Assembly (NCBI RefSeq): GCF_006345805.1
Contig: NC_043003.1
Coordinates: 50,220,001 to 50,284,000, forward strand
Length of the DNA stretch: 64,000 nucleotides
Reading direction: 5' to 3'
Source: Octopus sinensis
Lineage: Eukaryota
The stretch's first letter is position 1. Each line of letters begins with the position of its first letter. Shown one piece after another: positions 52,390 to 64,000 of the stretch. A program made the position numbers and the translations under genes. The notes beneath the pieces are model-generated. The model did not search any database. It was not told the DNA's origin and saw only the letters and a list, made by a program, of their open reading frames with translations.

Positions 52390-53031
52390 AGAAAGAAGCA
52401 ACAAGAATGGATTGGTTTTTAGCACAATTGTTTCATACAAAGACAGGCTTTATTACAAGTTGCAAAAATTGCAGCAGATAAAAGTGTCCCGTACTCATCA
52501 GCTAAAATACATTTGAGTTCTCTAGACATCTTAGTGGGTGAGGTTATACTCATGAAATATTGGAGATAGTTCCATTAGAGGCAGATATAGGTTGTAAACA
52601 GTTTTCCAAAGTTCCTTAATGATGGTACACAGTCTTATCACAGATTTTTAAAAGTTTATTAGTTTCGAAGAGAAGATGAATCAATCCATAGTGTAGATTT
52701 AAATTTCCAGAGATATGAGGAGGAGGATGCACAGACTTATCACGGGTTTTTAAAGACTTATTAGCTTCACAGAAAAGGTGAATTAATCCATAGTGAAGAT
52801 TTACATTTCCAGTGGTAAGATGAGGAATTTCATACTCACAGACGATGTATTTAACCATTATTAATCCACAATCATTTCATGCTATATGATAAGGTAATTT
52901 GCCATGTTATTGCTCTCCGTGCAAAATCACCCCACATTACTGTATGGATAACACCATATAGTTTTTCTGGTGCATCTAAGTTAAGTACCACATTCAAGTA
53001 AATTCATTGGAAGTTACTTGAATCTTAATTG

Positions 53032-53036
<5 letters not shown>
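52390..53036. mobile_element. PLE remnant of the 46140 family (inverted part 52390-52900, sense tail 52925-53036) in (TA)n
   Basis: 52390-52530 aligns with 46143-46283; 52925-53030 aligns with 46629-46735. Internal ~114-bp tandem duplication at 52625-52830. Confidence 0.8.
52417..52507 (-). ncRNA. Type I hammerhead motif, covarying homolog of 46506-46593
   Basis: TTTTAG-CTGATGA-GTAC...GTAT-GAAA-C-AATT-G-TG-CTAAAA. The GUG site is likely non-cleaving. Confidence 0.8.
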
Positions 53037-53072
<36 letters not shown>

Positions 53073-54537
53073 GTGTGTGTGCATGTGTGTGGGTGTGTTA
53101 TTCTACTATCATAGAAATGAGTGAGACCTTAGAAGACTCAGTATCTTACCTACACAAAATTACATGACTCTGTACTCAACTTTGAAATACTATCAGCTTT
53201 GAATATAAGTTAGCATTTGTAATGTTGGGTGTACTGTATGACACACGTACTTTCCTTACCTCGCAAGGATGAAATATTGCTTTATTTCAAACGTGGTGTA
53301 CGATGGGAATAGTTGCACTAAAATCTTGTTTGATGAATCTTATCAACAAGACGCCATTTTGCGTCGTTATGAGTAAGAACTCAGAAATCTGTGATTCATA
53401 ACGCATAATTACGTTATATCATATTATCTCTCCCCCTTCTCTCTCGTTTTCTTTCACTTTCTCTCTCTCTGCCTCTCTGTCTCTTTGTCCGTCAGTTCTC
53501 TGTCTCTTTATCTCTATCTCTCACTCTTTCTCTCTCTCTCGCCCCTCTCTTTTTCTATATCACCAGTACGATTACAATATTTTCTTTCGAGGACGAACAC
53601 CGATGTCAGCATCCGTTATTATTAATAGTATTGTGATAGAAGTAAAGTGACAGTCAGCTACCATCAAATCAAATCGACGAGTTACCCTCGCTTCTAGCTG
53701 TGAAACATTTTCACTTTACATGCGTCGTTTATTTTCTTCTCTGAAAAACTTCAATACTGTAACCTTTCATATCCAGTGATGTATAAAAGTATGCTTATGT
53801 TTGCTGTTCCATATGTGGTCAATTAGCTTGGAAAGGGATTAGCCCCACCCAGATAACCAGACCGTGTTACAGTTTTAAAAAATACAAAAGTTTTCAATGA
53901 TTAATTTTAATTGAAATGCCCTCAGTAATCCCAAAATGCTCTTAAGGACCTTTACTAAGACACATTTTCATAGAGTGAAACGGATGAGAGATAAATGCAT
54001 TTCTCTGGATTGGCATCAGTCTATTGCAAATTATCTTTCCAGACGATGATTACATATTTCTGACATCTAAGAAGACTGAAATGTTTAGAATTAAGTACTC
54101 TACTGAAATACATAACGGAAAGGCAGACTAGATTCGAACGTAAGAGCTGTGAACCATATCACAAGGTCATTTAGTTACATTTCTTCAATGACGGCTGTAT
54201 AACCCAATTTGTTATATAACAGTATTGAAAATTATTAGATTTTCTTTCACCACTTTTGACTCTGGGATTTTACTTCTTGGCTTGTTACAATTTAGTTTGA
54301 GTAGGAAAACCAATGGTTTTCACTGGTTCATCTAGGCTCTTCACGACAGCCATATATGGACTATTTTTATACAAATTTTGTATTAGTAATATACACTTTT
54401 TCAACTGTTTGTTAGGAAAACATGCAAGAAGAGAATTTCGCCGGGAAAATGTTTGTGGTAGATAGTAATGAATGCCTGGAGTTTGACAAACAATAAGAAT
54501 AAGAGAAAAAGAGAAAAAGACATTAATTGGATTGCAT

Positions 54538-54707
54538 AGGAGTGGCTGTGTGGTAAGTAGCTTGCTTACGAGCCACACGGTTCCGGGTTCAGTCCCTCTG
54601 CGTGGCACCTTAGGCAAGTGTCTTCTACTATAGCCTCGGGCTGACCAAAGCCTTGTGAGTGGATTTGGTTGTCGGAAACTGAAAGAAGCCCGTCGTATAT
54701 ATGTATG

Positions 54708-54743
<36 letters not shown>

Positions 54744-54974
54744 ATATATATGTAAGTGTGTCTGTGTTTGTCCCCCAACATCGCTTGACAACCGATGCTG
54801 GTGTGCTTACGTCCCCGTAACTTAGCGGTTCGGCAAAAGTGACCGATATAATAAGTACTAGGCTTACAAAGAATAAGTCCTGGGGTCGATTTGCTCAACT
54901 AAAGGCGGTGCTCCAGCATGGCCACAATCATATGACTGAAACAAGTAAAAGAGTATAAGAGTAAGAGTAAGAGT
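54538..54974 (+). mobile_element. SINE family 2, near full length
   Basis: Homology to 30757-31181. Confidence 0.9.
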
Positions 54975-55014
54975 TCACAGAAACTTGGTACACAGTTCAA
55001 AGAAAAATGTATCA

Positions 55015-55213
55015 GTTTCAAATTTTGGCACAATGCCAGCAATTTTAGGGGAAGGTCTAAGTCGATTGTATCTCAACAGGTACTTATTTCATCGATCCCG
55101 AAAGAATGAAATACAAAGTCGACCTCAGCGGAATTTGAATTCAGAATGTAAGAACGGACGAAATGCCACTGAGCATTTTGCCCGGCGTGTTAACTTTTCG
55201 CCAGCTCGCAGCC
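55015..55213 (-). mobile_element. SINE family 1 (gccaaaatttgaaac tail type)
   Basis: Reverse complement of the family 1 head, core and tail. Confidence 0.8.
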
Positions 55214-55967
55214 TTTCCAAAGAAGAATATATTGGCAGTTGAAGAGTGATGATGTGTAAACTATCCGCTCTATGCAGTTTTCCATTTTATACATATTTTT
55301 ACGTTCTAAGAATATCCGTCTGACTGTCGTTCTATTGTACTGAGTTCTAAAAATTTAAAGGTAATAGTGATAGCCGTCTGCAATGATTTAGTCCAACACT
55401 AAAATTCTCTCCCCACTCTTTTCTTAGTAACCATTAGTCTGTCTTTTATGGAGCCAAAGCCACAATTTTCTGATGTCATCCACCAAAGGGCACACATAGA
55501 CACACTTACTGCATCCAGAGAGAAAACGCTTGACTAAATCGTATGAGATAACTCCCAAATACGCTCAAGCTTTTGGTCCACAAGTGAGTTGTCTCATCTT
55601 TCTGCCCGTTCCATCCTAACTGTAATGGCTTCTGAGGCTCGAGAGTAACTGATCTAGTGCCTCTTTCGGTCAGGACCACCCGACTTATCTCCCCTCGTCT
55701 CTTCATCCTTGTTGTGACTAATCGCACAGGCCCTACACCATCTACGATGCCCAGTTTTTGCTCCACGTAACAGCGGTCCACTTAAATTTCTTCCTTGCTA
55801 ATAACTGTCCAGTGAGCATCGGCTTGCAATAGTTTAAACCAAATATGAACAGCATCAAATTCAGATTTAGGAAGGCCTGCCAAGACCATGGTCAGTGCCT
55901 CGTCATCTAGATCCAACAAAATTACAAAAAAAAAAATCTAAATATAACAAAACAAATAAATATGATA

Positions 55968-56325
55968 GGCGCAGGCGTGGCTGTGCAGTAAGAAGCTTGA
56001 TTCCGAACCACATGGTTCTGAGATCAGTCCCACTGTGTGTCACCTTAGGCAAGTGTCATCTGCTATAGCCTCGGGCTGACCAAAGTTTCGTGAGCGGATT
56101 CGGTAGACGGAAACTGAAAGAAGCCGTCGTATATATATGTTTATGTGTTTGTATGTGTGTGTGTGTGTATTTCTGCCCATATCACCGCTTGACAACCGGT
56201 GTTGGTGTTTACGTTCCCGTAACTTAGCGGTTCGGTAAAAGGAACCGATAGAAAAAGTACTAAGCTTAAGAGGTTAATTTGTTCGACTAAGACCCGCCAA
56301 GGCGGTGCTCCAGCATGGCCGCAGT
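55968..56325 (+). mobile_element. SINE family 2
   Basis: Homology to 26539 and 30757. Confidence 0.85.
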
Positions 56326-56329
56326 GTAA

Positions 56330-56491
56330 GATTTGTATTTGGAATTTATGTTATTTTTATGACGAAATTGTTTCATTGTTAGTTTTTACTAACCTACAAA
56401 CAAATGTTCTATTTCAAAAATTTACATGTGCATATATGGGGTCCATAGATGATAAGATAGCTCTCAAACAAAATAAGGTTGGGAACCCCTG
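56330..56491 (-). mobile_element. Partial copy of the hAT MITE at 32542
   Basis: Reverse-complement match to 32542-32650; ends GTTGGGAACCCCTG. Confidence 0.75.
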
Positions 56492-57593
56492 GTTTAAAGC
56501 ATAAATTAAAATCTTTTTCATTCCCCTTGATAACCCACCTGAAGAGTGGAATATTTAATTGAATTGATTCATGTATGTTTTTATTTTTTCTTTAGTTTGT
56601 CTTAGAAGACATTTGAATAACACTCAGCTGGATTTGAACAACACTCAGTATAGTCTGGCTTATTCAACCGAAGCTGAAGTGGAATAGCAAACAAAAAGCA
56701 TAGCCATCACATTCAAAGAAAACGGAATCCTTTGCCTTATTCGCTAAGGTGCGGGGAGAATATGTATAGCGCTTTATTGTGTTAACTGCGTATAGATTGG
56801 CGAACGTTTGACGAAGCTGTGACATTGTTACGCAAAGTAAACTATGTAGTTGATAATATACCAACAGATATATTTCCGGTAATGTCCTCGTAGCGATTTC
56901 TCATTTAAAATAAAATCTATTCCATTTGTTGTTTCTGTCACACTATCAACTGACAATAATCTAACAGGTAACAAGTTGTCACTCGAGGGGTTCCTTTGAC
57001 AAAAGAGAACTCCTTGCTGATTTGACCTGACAGCAGGGAACCAGGAAATGGCAGCTGAGTCAACACAAGCTTGTTATTGCGGATGTTTTTCTCGATCGCT
57101 TGAAGATCGTTGTAAGAGAGGGTGGTAAATTCCCACCTTTCAACTTTCAACTTCTCACCCTCACAATCTAATATCACATCTCTCTCTCTCTCCCCTCCTC
57201 TCTCTCTCTCTCTCTCTCTCGCTTTCTTTCTCGCTATTCTATCTATTTACCGCTCCATCTTTCACTGTCTGCTAAGTGTCAATGGTGGTGCTGTTTGTTG
57301 TTTTAAGGTGCATAAATTATGGGAGGTATGTGTTGCTAATTAAAACACACGAGAAATATTTCAGCCATCAGTGGGACTTAAGTATTTTAACAACCATTAA
57401 AAGTGTATACATGCACCTAGAGGGTTAAATACACACGTATATGCATATATATGTGTGTGTGTGTGTCCATTTATGTATGTGTATATATACGTACACACAC
57501 ACACACACACATATATATATACATACATATATACACATACATAAATGCATATATATATATGTGTGTGTGTGTGTCCATTTATGTATGTGTATA

Positions 57594-57636
<43 letters not shown>

Positions 57637-57638
<2 letters not shown>

Positions 57639-57899
57639 CATTATTGTGAATTGAAGAAATGGAGCTGAACGCAGATTGAACAGAAATCATTTTATCGTTT
57701 TATCTGTTCAATCTGCGTTCAGCTCCATTTCTTCAATTCACCAATAATGTTTTAATTTCAATTATCCGCACCAACGCACGGTTGCAACGCCAGATGGTTG
57801 TACCTCCAACCGTGCTGTTCACTGCTGTGATTTTGCTACTAAGGTATCGGTTAAACTTTTGATTAATCTACTACAAGATTATTCATCTTTCTATTTCAC

Positions 57900-57901
<2 letters not shown>
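57637..57901 (+). mobile_element. Fold-back remnant in (TA)n (arms 57637-57684 and 57703-57751, plus tail); probably PLE-derived
   Basis: 48-bp inverted repeat with an 18-nt loop. Same architecture as 26194, 30223 and 46140, but no hammerhead is retained. Confidence 0.6.
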
Positions 57902-57952
<51 letters not shown>

Positions 57953-57992
57953 GTTCATACACACACACACACATATATATATGTCTATGTAC

Positions 57993-58033
<41 letters not shown>

Positions 58034-58566
58034 TACGTACATACACACACATATATATATATATACGTACATACACACACATATATATATATATATATAC
58101 AGACACATACATACACATACTTACGAACACAGATACATACACGCACATGCATACATACACACATATACATACATACTTAGATATATACATCATATACTGA
58201 TCAAACATTCTTTTACTCTTCTACATCTTTCAGTCATTGGACGACCGCCATGAAAGGACGGCTACAGGAGGTTTAATCGATTAAATCAGGCCCAGTACTT
58301 ATTTGAAATTCGATACTTATTTTATCGTTCTCTTTCTATCGAACCGTTAAAATACAAATGCGTAATTATTTTTACATGGCTTTACTTATAACCCTAGAGT
58401 AGCTCGCCATCGTATGTCACATCATGTTTGGTTAAAAGTGGCTTATTTCCATATTCAATGCTAACCCAAATTTCGTAGATATCCCCCAATCCGCAGTCTG
58501 GTGAACTACTGGGAAAAGATTTTCTATTTTTCATTCTAGTTTTGTACGCACACAAAAAAGAATATA

Positions 58567-58840
58567 GACGCAGGAGTGGCTGTGTGATAAGAAGCTTGCT
58601 TCTTAATCACATGCTACTGGGTTCAGTCCCACTGCATGGCACCTTGGGCAAGTGTCTTCTACTATAACCTCGGTCAACCAAAGCTTTGTGAGTGGATTTG
58701 GTAGGCGGATACTGAAAGAAACCCGTTGTATATATATATATGTGTGTGTGTGTGTCTGTCTGTGTCTGTCTCGCCCACCATCACTTGACAGCCAATGTTA
58801 GTGCCTTTACGTCCCCGTAATCCAGCGTTTCAGCAAAAAA
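58567..58840 (+). mobile_element. SINE family 2, 3'-truncated
   Basis: Homology to 30757. Confidence 0.85.
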
Positions 58841-59231
58841 TAAAAACCCACGTTATCAGTTATTAAAACGGCCTAATACGAGAAGCAACGTAACAATATG
58901 TAAGCAAAGATATTCGTAAATTCCTCGAAACTTATTTAATTATCGTGATTTCATTGGTTACCAAAAGAAAAACAATAAGAAAACCTTGAGAAACTAGGTC
59001 ATTGATTTATCTGTTCGGTTGTGGTACGCAGACAGAATATGTTAATTTTCGAAATACATATGTAAATGATATTTTTATTTATTGAGTGTCACATCTTTAA
59101 ATCATCTCAAAACAAGGAAGGTGAGATATTTCAGTGTTGATGAATAACCATATAACCATCTCCCTAGGTATGACTATATTACATACTGAACAACACTGAT
59201 ACTCTTACACTCCAAAATAAGAAGCAAAATA

Positions 59232-59578
59232 TTGGGTTGTCCGGAAAGTTCGTGCCGATTTTTAAAGGAAAGAAAAAGGTCAATAAATATTTGCCATTAC
59301 CGAAGCTTTACCAGGTGCTCATGAACGACGGATTTTGATAGGTTGAGGCTTTCTGCCAATTCTCGAGTTGTGCAATGTGGGTTATTCTCAATTAATGACT
59401 TGATTTGGTCATCATCTGTAGTGGATGGTCTGCCTGATCGCTCTTTATCAATAAGGCTACAATATATATGCTATAAATAGAGGTGTAGTCAAATCCTGTT
59501 TTATGGACTCAAACATGTTCTAAAATAAGTCGAAAGGTAAGCTACTATAAATCGGTACGAACTTTCCGGACAACCCAA
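59232..59578. mobile_element. Mariner deletion derivative (MITE) with TA TSD
   Basis: TA|TTGGGTTGTCCGGAAAGTTCGTGCCGATTT ... AAATCGGTACGAACTTTCCGGACAACCCAA|TA. Confidence 0.92.
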
Positions 59579-60384
59579 TATTATATAGTATTATGTTGTA
59601 TATGATTTAAATATTCATTCAACTGTCGTGAGGATATTCCTAAACTTTATAAATAAGCATTTCCCTGCAGACAAGAAATATCATAAACTTTTAATTAGAG
59701 GTAGCGTTAAGGTGAGTTACAATTACATGAAAGACTTTATTGCTTCGATACGCAATATATAAAAAAAACAGAACAATGTTATCAGTACGAACACGCAACA
59801 TTTTCGCCCTCTATCCATATACAAAAAGGCAATTGCCTATTATAGAACGTTTTATAGAGAAACATTATATTCTGTTGTAGTCTTTTGCAATTTTGAGCAA
59901 TAGATTGATGAATTCATGCAAACACTTTCACTGCTTTTTCATTAAGGAATTTCCAGTTAGTACTGGATACAACTGTTTATTATTGCCCACATAATGAATT
60001 TCAGTTCTTCATCATACTCAATCTTCATTAACAATACTCACATCTTATGCGTGTTTTACACAAATGATTCTGAAGTTATATAATTTTTCATGTGTTTTTA
60101 CACGTAAATATATGAATATATGAATATATCCCGTATTCGTATTGTGGACGGTTGAAAGTGTGACGCATTTTGGAACAATATTTGGTAAACAATGAAATCT
60201 CGATGACTAATCATATTTCCATGATTTTACCAATATTTTCATGTTGCTTTCTTTGAATAATCGTTAACGCAAACCCCCAATACTCATACACATATATACA
60301 TGCATACGCACATTCCTACATACATAACATATACAAATGTGTGTTATGTTTCTGCATGCGCGTGTATATATATATATGTGTGTG

Positions 60385-60435
<51 letters not shown>

Positions 60436-61081
60436 TGTGTGTGTGTGTGTGTGTTGTGTGTGTGTGTGCATGTGTTTCCATTTATTATAACTGCTTAATT
60501 ATCAATTGTTTCGAAACTAATAATTCGTTCGATTGCCAGTTTAAATTATTCATTTTCTAAAGTATGTATTATAAGGTAAGATCTTTAATTACTAGAAGCA
60601 TTGTCGTTTTATTATAGAAAGAGAAAATAACGAAAGCCTTGTAACAATGCAAAGTATGGAGAAAATTATATATTTAGTACAATAGTGTTAACAAATCTTT
60701 AATTTAAAATCAAAATATAATCTGTAATCCAAATAAAACACTACAGAGTTTTCTGTGCTGGCAACACAAATACAAAAGGAGAATTCGATATTAGTATTTC
60801 ATTTGGTATTCCATGAAGTCTTCTTTTGAAATCGGAGGTTAACAGTTATGCAACACGAAAGTGTTATGACGCACGCACAGAGGTACACAGCATATAATGG
60901 AGTTGGTGGTTTAGTTATTCAAGCGGTGCGTTAAATTGTTGACGATAATTTCATAATGCTTACGTAAGTATGTTTTCTTCTTGAGTACATGCCGCAAGAC
61001 GGACAGCATATCTGATCACTTCTACTTGTCTTGTTTTAGTCAGAAGTTGTGGCCATGCTGGGGCACCACCATTAGCTTTTT

Positions 61082-61169
61082 GCTTACAGCGCCTATGTGT
61101 TCCAAACCGTCACACATGTTGGTACTAACCAGGCTCGACGTCACTTAACTTCGGCGATCGAACGAGAAC
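61082..61169 (-). pseudogene. 5S rRNA-derived fragment (pseudogene or SINE3 head), lacking the first ~30 nt
   Basis: Minus strand GTTCTCGTTCGATCGCCGAAGTTAAG..CGTCGAGCCTGGTTAGTAC...GTGAC..TGGAA.AC.TAGGCGCTGTAAGC follows animal 5S, with substitutions in box C; then A5. Confidence 0.85.
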
Positions 61170-61254
61170 AAATCTATTGGATTTTATGAATATTTAATAA
61201 TATCGACCTCATTGTTGATTATCGAAAAAAATCTAATTTTACGAGTTTACCATT

Positions 61255-61412
61255 GAACGGATTTCTCAGACATTGAGTCACTCTGTAAATTCTGTCAAGG
61301 TGGACTTTGTCTTTGTGGATCGATAAAATAAGCACCAGTTGAGCGCTGCGGTCGATGTAATCAAATTACCCCCTCTCCCGAAATTGCTGGCCTTGTACCA
61401 AAATTTGAAACC
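61255..61412 (+). mobile_element. Decayed SINE family 1
   Basis: tcgataaaataagcaccagttgagc..ggtcgatgtaatc..aaattgctggccttgtaccaaaatttgaaacc. Confidence 0.7.
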
Positions 61413-62519
61413 GGTATGAAGAATGGGCTGTAATGGAACTCATTTTTTTACACCTGTCTCAGTATCAATAAGTAGTTTCGTTAAATGTCCTCTTTCGACT
61501 ATTTGTTGTTGTTATGTCTTTTAGCCAAAAGTTCTATAATGTTCTTATACCCACTTCCAACTAAATATGATGATGGAAACTCAGAAAGCTTTTCATAATA
61601 ACTCACAATCCATGATGCAGGTTTGTTATCTGGTGTTGTAAGCAGGGAAATAATACTCTTTCATAAATTTCTATTCCAACTTTTTGTTTATTTAATATTA
61701 CCAATTTAGAAATGGTTATAAGGCACAAATAGAATATTCAAAGCAAGAAAATCTTCAAATTGTTTGAAATTCTTATGTAATGCTTTCAAATGATGAAAAC
61801 ATACCTGAACGTCGTCATCATAAATCCCATGTCTTTTCTATGAATACACAGACTCAGAGATTGGTAAAATTTTCAAAAGTCTCAAATTGACTTTGTACAG
61901 AATTCCATTTGAAGCAAATACACATATTTGAAGCAAATTCACTTGTCCTTGGAGCTACAAATGCATTTAATTTAACTCAAAATATAAATCTGAATATATA
62001 AAATTATGATAATTTTTTCAATGCTTCAAGTTATCTTGGGGAAAAATATGTGATTTTCAAAGAATTTCAAATCGTCTCAAAAAGACAATTAAAAGCTTCT
62101 CAAACAAATACTCTTCGACAGCATTTGCAATTGCTTTTGTATTTGTAAGAAAAATATCCCTTCCTCTATCTAACTAATAAAATAAACAAATAATTAAATA
62201 AAAGCACTTCCCCAACAAGGAATGTCGACTCTCTATTATCTGTTGCCAAATGCCTAACAATTAAGTAATTCTCGCTTCTTTTAGAAGCCGATCATAAGGT
62301 AGGCATGACTGTGTGGTTAAGAAGCTTGCTTCGCAACTACATAGTCTCAGGTTCAGTTCTACTGCGAGACGCCTTGGGCAAGATTGGTTACAGGAATTTT
62401 ATTGTTTACGTCTACAATAGACTGTCACTACACTATACGTAGACCTTGATAATGAGGTCGTAGAATCAATTCTTCGCTAAGCATTTGGCTTCGTGGATTT
62501 GATAATCAGTATATATACA

Positions 62520-62596
62520 TATACGCTGCGATGGACTGACGTCCCGTCCAGCTGGGGGGAACACATTCTCCACAGAAACCGGGACCATGAGCCTGC
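62520..62596 (+). mobile_element. SINE family 3, 3' fragment
   Basis: Reverse complement of 18718-18797 and 49275-49357. Confidence 0.7.
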
Positions 62597-62649
62597 ATGT
62601 ATATATATATCGTTTATATAATACATACATACATACATACATACATACA

Positions 62650-62683
<34 letters not shown>

Positions 62684-62693
62684 CATACATACA

Positions 62694-62726
<33 letters not shown>

Positions 62727-62827
62727 GATCCGGTTCTTGACTGAAGATTGAAGGCTTCGATTGTCCCGTCCGTGTTTTTTGTATCGTCTTCTAAATGTTT
62801 TGCGTTCTTGTCCCAATTTTTATTTTT

Positions 62828-62983
<156 letters not shown>

Positions 62984-64000
62984 TTCAATACTTTATTTGA
63001 AATTTTATCCTTAACTGCAATATTTTAAGTTAAAAATTTCCTGTTCTGTACTTTACTAGATGTAATAACTTGTTCTGTACTTTTCCAGGTTTTCCATGTA
63101 ATATATGTGTGATGTGTGTGTGTGTGTGTGTGTTTCTATTTCTCCGCTTCCCCACTGCTTGACAACCGGTATTGGTTTGTTTAGTGGTTCGGCATAAGAG
63201 ATCTATAAAATAAGTACCAGAGTTTAAGATAAGAACCGGAAGCGATTTGACCTTTAAAGGTATTCCAATATGGCCTTTCAAGGTGTTTGAAATAAGTAAA
63301 TGGTAAAAGATAAAAGCGAACAATAAAAAGACTTCATTCTTCGTAGAGTTGAATCATCCACATGAAAAGAAAGCTGATCAGTCCTCAAAAATTGCATCGT
63401 GTGTCTTCCGTATTATTGCTTGCTTCGTTGTACATTTGCTTTGCGTTGCTTTATTGCTTATAGGAAATTTCTTTTATTATATCTATTATAGTCTTTTGCA
63501 ACTCAGTACGCAGAGGCTGATTATGAGCTAGTAGGATCAATTCTTCACTTTGTGTGTGGCTTCCTGGATTTGATAATCGGTAATGACATTTTATAAGTGA
63601 TGCGTAACCCATCATTTCCTTTCGTTGATTCGGATGAAAACGTACTTGACAGCGTTGGCTGGTTGTAAAATTAACCCTGAAGTGCTTTAAGAGCTAAGAT
63701 AAATCTTTATTTGTCTTGTCAACAGGAAATTTTTTTCAAGTGCTCTTTTAATCTTCCTTAGATTCATTGGAAAACACTTTTACGTAGATCAGACACTTTG
63801 GTAAATACCTTGTTTGAAGGTGACGGAATAGATGTTAGGTCTTAAAATATGCGATACTCTACTGCCGACCTTTTTTCTTTCGTTCTGTCATGGGTATGCC
63901 TTTAAAATATATATCATTCAGATGGATGAATATATGTATATATATATGTATGTATGTATGCATGCATGTATGTATGTATGTATGTATGTATGTATGTATG

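Noticed and set aside
55506-55781. 91-aa minus-strand ORF ending at a CA|GTAAGT donor-like site
   Set aside because: No recognisable homology and no convincing acceptor; cannot be supported as an exon.
62727-62827. Short non-repetitive piece between microsatellites, resembling a PLE tail
   Set aside because: No homolog or ribozyme motif within the window to support it.

Overview
AT-rich, microsatellite-dense eukaryotic repeat landscape. It is most likely intergenic or intronic DNA of an octopod cephalopod (inferred from the SINE families and repeat style, not verified). I can support no intact host gene; almost all listed ORFs are translations of simple repeats. Main content: (1) many Penelope-like element (PLE) remnants, including two RT fragments, a linker fragment and fold-back pLTR pieces in (TA)n tracts. 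They carry at least 13 minimal type I hammerhead-ribozyme motifs from several families. These include a canonical core with covarying stems (46171-46258, 46506-46593, 52417-52507) and a family with a swapped G3-C8 core, GUGAACA (25006-25056, 26224-26274, 26297-26347). (2) Two head-to-tail ~1.65 kb ORF1-only retroelements (RRM-like plus CCHC, no RT) between Helitron-like termini (7830-12188). Their 3' tail is shared with a SINE subfamily. (3) A full-length dead mariner, a Tc1/Tc3 relic, hAT relics, several MITEs (one Merlin-like), three SINE families and a 5S-derived fragment. (4) A near-identical 1568-bp tandem duplication and a 100-N assembly gap. All assignments were read by eye. No database search or folding program was run, and boundaries of decayed elements are approximate.
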